From Planctomycetota bacterium (GTDB lineage Bacteria; Planctomycetota; SZUA-567; H5-PLA8): a stretch of 64,000 nt of DNA. Positions 33,913 through 42,825 of the stretch are shown here, in pieces (position 1 is the stretch's first letter; every line of letters begins with the position of its first letter). Under the pieces are notes generated by a model. The model was given only the letters and a program-made list of their open reading frames with translations, was not told where the DNA came from and did no database searches. Location: assembly GCA_038227875.1 (NCBI GenBank), contig JBBRPR010000017.1, positions 32,001 to 96,000 of the forward strand. Direction: 5' to 3'. The position numbers and the translations under genes were made by a program.

Positions 33913-35094
33913 GTGAAAACTTTTACCGTCGGTGGCGTCAAGGAAACTGTCATTGAGCGTTCGGATGTGACGCCGAAGAAACTGAAAGACACCCTGGGCA
34001 AGGAAACCGTCGCCGTGATCGGTTACGGCGTGCAGGGCCGCGGCCAGTCGCTCAACATGCGCGACAACAAGGTCAAAGTCATCATCGGCTCGCGCCCGGG
34101 CAAAAGCTGGGACCTCGCGGTCTCCGACGGCTGGGTTCCCGGCAAGACGCTCTTCGACGTTCCCGAAGCCGTCCGCCGCGGCACCGTCATCCAGTACCTG
34201 CTCTCCGATGCCGGTCAGAAGGCCAGCTGGCAGGAGATCAAGGCCAACCTGCAGCCTGGCTCGGCGCTCTACTTTTCGCACGGCTTCTCGATCGTCTTCA
34301 AAGACCAGACCGGCGTGATTCCGCCCAAGAACGTCGACGTGATTCTCGTCGCGCCCAAGGGTTCGGGCACCACCGTTCGCCGCCTGTTCCTTGAAGGACG
34401 TGGCATCAACAGTTCCATCGCCATCTACCAGGATTACACCGGCCGCGCCAAGGAACGCGCCGTCGCGCTGGGCATTGCGATCGGCTCCGGCTACCTCTTC
34501 GAAACCACGTTCGACAAGGAAGTGCTCTCCGACCTGACCGGCGAACGCGGCGTGTTGATGGGCGCGATCTACGGCATCTGGAAGGCGCAGTACGAAGTGC
34601 TCCGCTCGAAGGGCCACTCGCCGTCGGAAGCGTTTAACGAAACCGTCGAAGAAGCGACTCAGTCGCTCTACCCGCTGATCGCGCAGAACGGCATGGATTG
34701 GATGTACGCCAACTGCAGCACCACCGCGCAGCGCGGTGCGCTCGATTGGTTCCAGCCTTTCTGCGACGCCAACAAGCCGGTCTTTGAGAAACTCTACGAA
34801 AGCGTCCGCTCCGGCAAGGAAACGGAAATCACGCTGGCCGCCAACAGCCGCGCCGATTACCGCGAACGCCTGAAGAAGGAACTCGACGAAGTCGCCGACG
34901 ACGAAATCTGGCGCATCGGCAAGATCGTGCGGCAGCTCCGCCCGGAGAACAAGAGCGCCAAGGCGCTGCAGGGTGCGGCAGCCGGCGTAGGCATCGCGGG
35001 TACCGCCGGTCCGAAGAAGAGCAAGGCTGTCAAGAAGGCCGTCAAGAAGGCCGGGAAGATCGTGAAGAAGAAGGCCAAGGCCGGAGCGCGTTAA
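33913..35094 (+). CDS. ilvC: Ketol-acid reductoisomerase (Ilv5/Bacteroidota-type) with Lys/Ala-rich tail
   Basis: GYGVQG, FSHGF, VAPKGSG, SDLTGERG, SPSEAFNETVEEATQSLYPLI, YANCSTTAQRGALDW; GTG start after GGAGG. Confidence 0.95.
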   Translation: MKTFTVGGVKETVIERSDVTPKKLKDTLGKETVAVIGYGVQGRGQSLNMRDNKVKVIIGSRPGKSWDLAVSDGWVPGKTLFDVPEAVRRGTVIQYLLSDAGQKASWQEIKANLQPGSALYFSHGFSIVFKDQTGVIPPKNVDVILVAPKGSGTTVRRLFLEGRGINSSIAIYQDYTGRAKERAVALGIAIGSGYLFETTFDKEVLSDLTGERGVLMGAIYGIWKAQYEVLRSKGHSPSEAFNETVEEATQSLYPLIAQNGMDWMYANCSTTAQRGALDWFQPFCDANKPVFEKLYESVRSGKETEITLAANSRADYRERLKKELDEVADDEIWRIGKIVRQLRPENKSAKALQGAAAGVGIAGTAGPKKSKAVKKAVKKAGKIVKKKAKAGAR

Positions 35095-35181
35095 CAGAAG
35101 GACTGAGGACTGAGGGCCGAGGACTGAGGTATGGAACGCTCCGTACCTCAGTTCCGGCTACATAGGAGAAAGTCATTGATC

Positions 35182-35754
35182 ATGTCGAAGACCGCCGATG
35201 CAACTCTTCCCGCCGCGCCGCCTGAAGTGGCGGCCCAACCGGCGCCGCGCTTGAAGCGCCACGTCATCTCGACGCTGGTAAAAAACGTGCCGGGATTGCT
35301 GGCGCAGGTGGCGAACCTGTTTGCGGCGCGCGGGTACAACATTGAATCGCTGACCGTCGGCGAAACCGAGACGTCGAACTTCTCGCGCATGACGATCACC
35401 GTCCGCGGCGAAGAAGCGACGATCGACGCGCTCAAGAAGGGGCTCTCAAAGTTCGTCAACGTCATCAAGGTGCTCGATTTCACCGGCATCGACCACGTCG
35501 AACGCGATCTGGCGCTGGTCAAGATCACCACGCCCGCCGGCGCGCGTCAGGAAATTCTGGAACTGGTCCAGGTCTTCGAAGGCAAGATCGTCGACATCGG
35601 CTTGAAAGACATCATGGTCGAAATTGTCGGGCCCGAGCAGAAGATCGACGCATTCCTCAACATCGTCCGCCCGTTCGGCATCAAGGAGATGGCCCGCACC
35701 GGCCGCCTCGCGCTGGCCCGCGGTTCGGCGATGGAAGGCCGCGAACGCGAGTAA
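35182..35754 (+). CDS. ilvN: Acetolactate synthase small (regulatory) subunit
   Basis: NVPGLLAQVANLFAARGYNIESLTVG ACT domain; ERDLALVK; GIKEMARTG. Confidence 0.95.
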   Translation: MSKTADATLPAAPPEVAAQPAPRLKRHVISTLVKNVPGLLAQVANLFAARGYNIESLTVGETETSNFSRMTITVRGEEATIDALKKGLSKFVNVIKVLDFTGIDHVERDLALVKITTPAGARQEILELVQVFEGKIVDIGLKDIMVEIVGPEQKIDAFLNIVRPFGIKEMARTGRLALARGSAMEGRERE

Positions 35755-35778
35755 GCTTGTAGTTCAATCAGAATGTTT

Positions 35779-35815
35779 AGCACGCCGCATTTCCAACCCG
35801 GGAATGCGGCGTGTT
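35779..35815. terminator. Hairpin between convergent ilvN and AraC genes
   Basis: AGCACGCCGCATT...AATGCGGCGTGTT. Confidence 0.65.
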
Positions 35816-35820
35816 GCTTT

Positions 35821-36672
35821 TCAGGCTGGAGTACTCTGCGACCGCCGCTGCGCGCGGAACTCGCGCGGGCTTACCGCGTTGGCGCGGCGGAACTGGCGCG
35901 CAAAATAAAACGGTGATTGAAAGCCCGACTCCGCCGCGATCTCTTTCACGCTCTGCTCCGTGAATTCCAGCAGCCGCGCGGCGTGTTGCAGACGCAGACG
36001 CAGCAGGCACGCGATTACCGATTCGCCGGTCTCGTCCTTAAACCGATGCACCAGCCGCGACGGCGAGACATGCGCCAGTTGCGCGAGGCTCTCGAGCGAA
36101 TGGTCTTCGGCGAGATTGTTGGTGAGATGCTCCAGCACCGCGCGGATCGGCGCGGTGATGCGCTGCGTGCCGCTGTTGAGCGCCACTTCGCGCGCCAGCA
36201 GCCAGACGACTTCCTCCAGCGCGTTGAGCGCCAGCTCGCCGCTCAGCGCCGCGGGCGCGGATTGCGCGTACTTGATGGTCCGGAAGAACGCGGCGCGAAT
36301 CAGTCCGCGCGTCGATACATCTGAAATGGGGTAGCGAAAAAGCCCCTCGCCAGTTGCGTGTGTCCGGAGCACCGGCAACCACGCGGGGCGGGGGAGAACA
36401 TGCGCCCACAGGCTGTCCCAGCCACCCGGCTCGACGGGCGCGTAGTGGTGGTAGGAGCCCGGTTCCAGCGCGACCAGGTCGCCGGCTCCCACTTCGAATT
36501 CGCCGCAGGGCTGCTGGTAAAGCCCCTTGCCGGCCAGCGTGTACGTGATCAACCAATCGTTCGTGCCGTGCGGCCGCATGACTGTTTTTCGGTAGCAGCG
36601 GGTCATGTGTCCGGCGCAGAGCAGTGTTGGCCGCAGAGCTTCTTTGTGCTTGTCTTTGGCTGGATAGTGCAT
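35821..36672 (-). CDS. AraC-family transcriptional regulator
   Basis: Cupin-like RPHGTNDWLITYTLAGKG; HTH SPSRLVHRFK; GFQSPFYFARQF. Confidence 0.92.
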   Translation of the reverse strand: MHYPAKDKHKEALRPTLLCAGHMTRCYRKTVMRPHGTNDWLITYTLAGKGLYQQPCGEFEVGAGDLVALEPGSYHHYAPVEPGGWDSLWAHVLPRPAWLPVLRTHATGEGLFRYPISDVSTRGLIRAAFFRTIKYAQSAPAALSGELALNALEEVVWLLAREVALNSGTQRITAPIRAVLEHLTNNLAEDHSLESLAQLAHVSPSRLVHRFKDETGESVIACLLRLRLQHAARLLEFTEQSVKEIAAESGFQSPFYFARQFRRANAVSPREFRAQRRSQSTPA

Positions 36673-36881
36673 GTTTCGTTCTCGCCGCGCGGGGTATGTG
36701 TGACTGGCACTGACGCGTTTGTACAGCATTCGCGACGGCGGGGCAATACGGCAGGGATGGAGCTCAAAAGAATTGTTTGCGTCAATACGTTCAAAATTTA
36801 CCACTGCTCAAGATAGCAACATAGACTCCCGAATGACAGGTGTACCAACTGACGGGAAGTGGTCCCCGTGGAGATGTCGCG

Positions 36882-39800
36882 ATGGCTGAAAATTACGAAG
36901 AGCTCCAGAGACACCTGAACCGCGTCCGCCGCGCATGGCGTCGCGCCAAAGCGCTGCAGGGACTCTCGGCGGTGGTGATCGAAGGCGTGGGCATGTTCCT
37001 GGTCTTCGCGCTGATCGATCACGCCTACGCGATGCCGCAGACCGCGCGCATCCTGGTCCTGGCGGGCATCGGCGCGGTGCTCGCCGTGCTGTTTGCGCTC
37101 CATGTCGGCCGGCCGCTGACGAAGAAAATCTCCGACGACCAGATCGCCCTCTACATCGAAGAACACCAGCACGCCGACGGCGCGCTGCTCACCGCGACCA
37201 CGTTCGGCCGTGAGAAATCCAGCGGCAACGCCGTCTCCCGTTTCATCGTCGAACGCGTGATGAATTCGGCAGTGAGCACCGCGGGAAGTCTGAAGCTCGC
37301 CGAACTGCTCGATCTCTCCAAGCTCCGCAAGTACGGCATTGCCGTGCTGCTCCTGATCGGCGTGCTGGGGATCAGCGCGGTCCGGTTTTCGAATCTATTC
37401 GGACGGAGCGTCAACCGGCTGCTGCTGCCGTGGGAAGTCAGTGAAGAAGACCGCAGATCGCAGAACAGCATGACAGGCGAACCGGCGATTCAGTTCGAGC
37501 TCTCCACCGACACCGGCGATCGCGTGCTGCGGGGCACGGCGGTCACGGTAAAAGCGAAGTTGAGCCTTCGGCCGGCCAACGGCGCGCCGGTGGAATTAAA
37601 ATACCGCGCGGGCGGCGACCAGTTCCGCAGCATCAAGCTCGAGGAAATCGACGAACTCAATACCTTCGCCGTTCGACTGCCGGACATCAACGACGACCTC
37701 CATTTCTTCGCGCAAGTGGGCGCTGACAAGTCCGACGAGCGCACCGTCAATGTGTACGACCGCGTGGAGTTGAAAGGCCTGCAGATCACGCAGACGCCGC
37801 CGGCGTACACGCATCTGGAAGCGACGACGCAGGATACCGACAGCGGAGACATCACCGCGCTGACCGGCACACGCGTAGCAATCCGCGCGATGGCCAACGG
37901 CCCGCTCTTCAGCGGCACACTGAAGTTTGACGACGGCCGGACCATCGATCTGAAAGCCGACGAAAAGTCGGGTGCCGTCTCCGGTGAATTCGTGCTCGAG
38001 AAAGATGCGACCTACACGGTCAGCGCGACGACGCTCGACGGCCAGCACGTCGGGCCGACCTCAAGCTTCGTGCTGAAAACGATCAACGATGAGCCGCCGT
38101 CGGTGGCCGTCGACGCGCCGGGCTCCGATCTGGAAGTCCACGCCTTCGCCGAAGTCGACTTCCTCGTCAAAGCAAACGACGACGTGGGGCTCGACAGCGT
38201 TGCGCTGGTTTACACACTGTCCAGTGACGAATCCCATTCCGTGACGGTGCCCTTCAAGCTGGACGGCAAACAAGGTCCCGGCGAGCACATTGGCACGCTG
38301 ACGCTCGCGCTGGGTGATCTGGGCAAGAGTGTTCAGGCCGGCGATTCGCTGATGTACTACGTCTCGGCGAAGGACTTGAAGGGGCAGGAGACGCTCACGG
38401 ATCTGTTCTCGATCCAGGTTCGTCCGTTCGAGGTACTCGTCGCGCTGCCAAAGAAGGGCGGGCACGCGCCGGATCACGAATCATTTGCGTCGCTGCTCCA
38501 GTTCATCGCGACGGCGTGGAATATCCACACGCAGAAGCCGCACACACCGGAGGCCGAATACAACCAGCGCTGCGACGCGCTGGCCGGGCAGATCATGAAA
38601 GTCGACAGCGCTCACATCTTCGGACCCGGTGGTGGCGCGGAGACGCCGGAATCGAAAAAGCAGGTCGGCGATGCATTCAAGTCGGTGCTCGCCGGCGTCG
38701 ACGCGCTGAAACATCACGATGCGCTGAAGGCCGTCACGCTGCTGCGGCAGGGCATGATGATGTACAAGCGTGCCACGGTCAGCAGCAGCGCCATCGCGGG
38801 CGCGCTGGGTGGGAAGCAGTATTCGAGCTTCGCGGGCGGCGACCCGATGCGCCAGTCGCTGGGCAGCGTCGAGATCGCTCCTCCGCCGATCCACGAGGAC
38901 GATCCGCCGTTCTTCAGCAATCCCGTCAAGCCCGACTACCTGCGCCAGATCAACATCCAGGACGAGAAGAACGCCAAGGAACTGGCCGTGAAATTGAAGA
39001 AGCAACAACAGGACATCAACAAAGAAGCCCGCAAGCTCGCCGACCAGAATCAAAAAGGCGGCGGCGGAGGAGACGAGGAGCAGGAGCAACAGCAGCAGAA
39101 CAACGCCAACCCGGAGAAGGCCGCTGCGTTGCAGAAGGAGCAGGAAAAGCTGGCGAAAGATGTCGCGAAGATGGCGCAGCAGCTGGGTGAGAAAAATCCC
39201 AACGGCGACAAGGAGATGAAAGCCGCCACCGACGAACTGCGCAAGACGGCTGACGAGATGCAGAACGCCGCCGCCGATATGAAGGCCGGAAACATGCAGC
39301 GCGCCGCAGCGCACGGCGATCAGGCCGTCAAGGATCTGAACCTCGCCGAACAGCGCCTGAACGCCGGCCAGTTCGATCAGCTCGAACAAGCCGTGGCCGC
39401 CGCGGAGGACCGTGCGATGCAGGTCGCCGACAACCAGAAGAAGATCCGCGAAGCGACGCAGCGTGTTCTCGACGAGGCGAAGAAACGCAATCCCAACAAC
39501 ACTCCACATGCCGGCGAACCCGGCGATGCGAATCCCGCCAAACCCGAGGGTGCGAATCCGGGCAAGCCGGAACTGAACGCGCAGGACCTGCAGAAATTGA
39601 AAGGCATCGCGCGCTGGCAGGCTGAAAATCAGAAGAACGAGGAGAACCTGGAAGAGTACGTCGGCGAACTGGGCCAGTGGGCGGAAAAAGCCAATAAGAA
39701 GGAAACCGCCGACGCCCTGCGCAAGGCCGGCCGCGCGATGAAGCTCGAAAAAGTCGGCGATAACATGCTCAACATCGCCGTCGACCTGGGCATGAACGAC

Positions 39801-40685
39801 CTCGAGGGCGTGGCGGAAGCCCAGGCGAAGCTCGACAAGGCATTGAACAAAGTTGAGGCGCATCTGCAGGACGCCAACGGCGGGCTGGCGCAGACCAGCG
39901 AACAGAAAATGCAGCGCGCGCTGGGAGACGCCAAGCGGCTGCTCGACAAGGCGCAGGAACTGGCCGACGCGAACACCGAGCACAAAGGTGGCGAGGCTCC
40001 GGGCCATGAGAACAAGGACGGCGAGAAGCCGGGCAACGACAAGGCCGGAAACGTGAAGCACGGCGACGACAAAGCCGGCGGCGAGCAGAACAAGAAGCCG
40101 GGCGAGGGCGGCGCTCAAGCCAAAGCCGATGAGAAAAAGGGCGAAGTCAAAGGCGGCGACGCCAACAACAAACCCGGCGAAGCCAACGCTCAAGCCAAGG
40201 CAGACGCGCACGGCGATCCCGGCAAACCGGGCAAGGGCGAGCAAAACGGCGAGCCGAACAAAGACGCCGACAAGCAGGCCGCCAACGCGCCCGGGCAAGG
40301 GAAGGGCAAGGCCGCTCCCGGCGAGAACGCACCGAAGAAACCGGCGCTCACGGCCGAAGAAAAACGCGAAGCGGCGGCAGAGCTCTTCCGCGGCACGGTG
40401 CGTTTGGCCAAGCGCCTGGAGCAGGACAAGCTCGCGCTGAACGCTCAGCCGCAGCTCGGCGATGCGGCGCGCGACGAGAAGAGTTTCGCGGAGATGTTCA
40501 AGGAGGGGCGCAAGACGAAGCTCGACGCCTACCTCGCCACGGTGAAGAGCGTTTCGACGACGCTGGAAGGCAAGCTGGAGATGACGCTGAAAGCGCGGCG
40601 CCTCACGGCCGGCCAGCGCGAAGAGACGCCGACGCAATACCGCGAGATGGTCAACTCGTACTATCAGCGGTTGGCGAACCAATAG
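36882..40685 (+). CDS. Large membrane-anchored protein, DUF4175-like (TM + Ig-like beta domains + helical/low-complexity C-terminus)
   Basis: Three N-terminal TM helices; PPAYT, DEPPSV, ANDDVGL and YYVSAKD motifs; C-terminal TPTQYREMVNSYYQRL. Confidence 0.7.
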   Translation: MAENYEELQRHLNRVRRAWRRAKALQGLSAVVIEGVGMFLVFALIDHAYAMPQTARILVLAGIGAVLAVLFALHVGRPLTKKISDDQIALYIEEHQHADGALLTATTFGREKSSGNAVSRFIVERVMNSAVSTAGSLKLAELLDLSKLRKYGIAVLLLIGVLGISAVRFSNLFGRSVNRLLLPWEVSEEDRRSQNSMTGEPAIQFELSTDTGDRVLRGTAVTVKAKLSLRPANGAPVELKYRAGGDQFRSIKLEEIDELNTFAVRLPDINDDLHFFAQVGADKSDERTVNVYDRVELKGLQITQTPPAYTHLEATTQDTDSGDITALTGTRVAIRAMANGPLFSGTLKFDDGRTIDLKADEKSGAVSGEFVLEKDATYTVSATTLDGQHVGPTSSFVLKTINDEPPSVAVDAPGSDLEVHAFAEVDFLVKANDDVGLDSVALVYTLSSDESHSVTVPFKLDGKQGPGEHIGTLTLALGDLGKSVQAGDSLMYYVSAKDLKGQETLTDLFSIQVRPFEVLVALPKKGGHAPDHESFASLLQFIATAWNIHTQKPHTPEAEYNQRCDALAGQIMKVDSAHIFGPGGGAETPESKKQVGDAFKSVLAGVDALKHHDALKAVTLLRQGMMMYKRATVSSSAIAGALGGKQYSSFAGGDPMRQSLGSVEIAPPPIHEDDPPFFSNPVKPDYLRQINIQDEKNAKELAVKLKKQQQDINKEARKLADQNQKGGGGGDEEQEQQQQNNANPEKAAALQKEQEKLAKDVAKMAQQLGEKNPNGDKEMKAATDELRKTADEMQNAAADMKAGNMQRAAAHGDQAVKDLNLAEQRLNAGQFDQLEQAVAAAEDRAMQVADNQKKIREATQRVLDEAKKRNPNNTPHAGEPGDANPAKPEGANPGKPELNAQDLQKLKGIARWQAENQKNEENLEEYVGELGQWAEKANKKETADALRKAGRAMKLEKVGDNMLNIAVDLGMNDLEGVAEAQAKLDKALNKVEAHLQDANGGLAQTSEQKMQRALGDAKRLLDKAQELADANTEHKGGEAPGHENKDGEKPGNDKAGNVKHGDDKAGGEQNKKPGEGGAQAKADEKKGEVKGGDANNKPGEANAQAKADAHGDPGKPGKGEQNGEPNKDADKQAANAPGQGKGKAAPGENAPKKPALTAEEKREAAAELFRGTVRLAKRLEQDKLALNAQPQLGDAARDEKSFAEMFKEGRKTKLDAYLATVKSVSTTLEGKLEMTLKARRLTAGQREETPTQYREMVNSYYQRLANQ

Positions 40686-40733
40686 ATGTTGGACTATATT
40701 ACTCCGGTGTTGGCAATTCCGACTCTGGAGGCC

Positions 40734-41750
40734 ATGCCCATGGCAGAAGACGCGCAAGTCGTGCCCGCAATCTTCGAAGCCAACGATCGCGTCTACAAGG
40801 CCGACACCTGCGATCCGGTGAAAGTCGCCGTCGAACGCGGGCAGATGCGCAACGTCGCGCTGGTTCATGGCGCGTATCCGGGCCTGCAACTTCCTGCCAA
40901 GTGTCTTCCGGAGCTCTGCTGCGTCGGCTATTGGGACATCACCAAGGATCAGTCGTGGGGTCTGGGCGATCATCGCAACGAAGGGCTTGAGCTCTCGTAT
41001 ATCTCCAGAGGCAAATTGGCGGCGGGAATCGCGGGGCAGGAGACGGAACTGCGCTCCGGATCGCTGGCGGTGATCCGGCCGTGGCAGGTTCACAATTGGG
41101 GCAAGCCGAACATTACGGCCTGCCGGCAGGTGTATTTCATTCTCGATGTCGGCGTGCGCCGTCCCGATCAGGAATGGAACTGGCCGGATTGGCTGGTGCT
41201 CTCACCCGAGGACGTTCGCCGCCTGACGCAACTCCTGCGGCACAACGAACAGTCCACGTGGAAAGCCCTGGCGCTGGGCGATGCGTTTGAGAAGCTGCGC
41301 AAAACCGTCGACGCTTGGAGCTCCGCACCGAACGAATCGCGGCTGCGGCTGTGCATCAACGAACTGCTGATCTCGTTTCTGGAGATGCTGGAAGCGCACA
41401 ACATTCCGCTGGATGAGTCGCTCTCCAGCGCGCAGCGAACCGTGGAAATGTTCCTCGCCGCGCTGCCGCAGCATGTCGCGCATCCCTGGGATCTGGATCT
41501 GATGGCCGAGCAGTGCGGTTTGGCGCGGAGTCGGTTCGCGCATTACTGCAAGCTCTCGGTCAATCTGACGCCGATGGAATTCCTGGTGCGCTGCCGCGTC
41601 AACGCGGCTCAGAAAATGCTCCGCGAACAGCCCGAACGCAGCGTCATCGACATCGCTGCCGCGTGCGGCTTTCAATCGGCGCAGTATTTCTCGACGGTCT
41701 TCAAAGCGCGCACGGGACGTTCGCCGCGCGACTTTGCCAGCACGAAATAG
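40734..41750 (+). CDS. AraC-family transcriptional regulator
   Basis: WGLGDHRNEGLE cupin; MAEQCGLARSRF; CGFQSAQYFSTVFK; GGAGG RBS. Confidence 0.92.
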   Translation: MPMAEDAQVVPAIFEANDRVYKADTCDPVKVAVERGQMRNVALVHGAYPGLQLPAKCLPELCCVGYWDITKDQSWGLGDHRNEGLELSYISRGKLAAGIAGQETELRSGSLAVIRPWQVHNWGKPNITACRQVYFILDVGVRRPDQEWNWPDWLVLSPEDVRRLTQLLRHNEQSTWKALALGDAFEKLRKTVDAWSSAPNESRLRLCINELLISFLEMLEAHNIPLDESLSSAQRTVEMFLAALPQHVAHPWDLDLMAEQCGLARSRFAHYCKLSVNLTPMEFLVRCRVNAAQKMLREQPERSVIDIAAACGFQSAQYFSTVFKARTGRSPRDFASTK

Positions 41751-41753
41751 TTC

Positions 41754-42596
41754 TTACAGCACCTTCTGAATCTGTTCGACGCGCGTCGACGTGCGGCAGA
41801 TCGCCTGCTCGACGTCTTTTCGCTTCAGCGGCCAGCGTTCGACCACCTTGTTGGAGATGCGGTAGCGCAGCCCATCGCCGGCGCCAAATTGCCCGCCGAG
41901 CAGCGACAGATGCGTGGAAAGATGGACGAGGTCGAGCGTCGTCGACGGGTGCGGCGCGGATTCCGGCGCATGGTGCCAGCGCACAATTTCGACGAGTTCC
42001 GAAGGCAGCTTCCAGCGTTCCAGCAGCGCGGCGCCGACTTCGGCGTGATCGGTGCCGAGCACTTCCATTTCAGCGACATCGAACGAGACGTTGTTGCGCT
42101 GCGCGAAACTTAAGATCGGCGTGGCGTCGACGTTGACGTACGTACCCAGCACGATTTTGCCGATGTCGGCGAGCAATCCGGCGGTGTAGGCCTGCGGCGG
42201 CTGCGGAATGCGCAGCACTTTCGCCAGTTCTTCAATGCCGAAAGCGGAGGTCAGCGACGCGGCCAGCAGCCGGCCGGGGGGCATGTCGTAGCCTTTGATT
42301 TCACCCCGCACGGCCGAGGGCAGACTGGCGGTGAGGATCAGTTGTCCCAGCAGCGCGGCGCCGAGGCGCATCGCGGCTTCATTGAGCGACGAGAGTTTGC
42401 GCGCGGCGCTGAATGCGGCGGAATTGGCGAGGCGCAGAATGTTGGCGGTGAGTCCCGGGTCGGTCTTCAGGGAATCGGCGATGGCGTTGAGATTCGCGTT
42501 TTCGTCGCGCAGTTTGTGGATCGCATTTACCGCAGACGCGGGAAGGGACTGCACTTTGTAAATCTGATTGAGGATCTCTTCACGCTGGTTAGCCAT
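41754..42596 (-). CDS. HDOD-domain protein
   Basis: DPGLTANILRLANSA, AGLLADIGK, DHAEVGAALLERWKLP, WHHAP. Confidence 0.92.
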   Translation of the reverse strand: MANQREEILNQIYKVQSLPASAVNAIHKLRDENANLNAIADSLKTDPGLTANILRLANSAAFSAARKLSSLNEAAMRLGAALLGQLILTASLPSAVRGEIKGYDMPPGRLLAASLTSAFGIEELAKVLRIPQPPQAYTAGLLADIGKIVLGTYVNVDATPILSFAQRNNVSFDVAEMEVLGTDHAEVGAALLERWKLPSELVEIVRWHHAPESAPHPSTTLDLVHLSTHLSLLGGQFGAGDGLRYRISNKVVERWPLKRKDVEQAICRTSTRVEQIQKVL

Positions 42597-42690
42597 ATCC
42601 GCCCCCACTAAAAGGTAAGGAATTGCAAAATTTGCCGAAACCGTCCGCTGAAACGGAAGCTCCGCTGGGTACTACGCAACGGTGAGACCA

Positions 42691-42726
42691 AACAGACCTT
42701 TGTGCCTTTGGGCACAAAGGTCTGTT
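42691..42726. repeat. Perfect 16-bp stem / 4-nt loop inverted repeat in a divergent intergenic region
   Basis: AACAGACCTTTGTGCC-TTTG-GGCACAAAGGTCTGTT. Confidence 0.8.
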
Positions 42727-42825
42727 AACACGCTGCACATGCGTTGAAAAAGCGTGGTGATCGGCTCTTCCCATGGATACCGGCGCACAGTATCGTAACG
42801 GGTCCAATCCTGTGGGGGGATTCAG

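Noticed and set aside
42600..42825. c-di-GMP riboswitch upstream of the HDOD gene
   Set aside because: Could not find the GGCAAAC...GAAA...GACGCAAA arrangement on either strand
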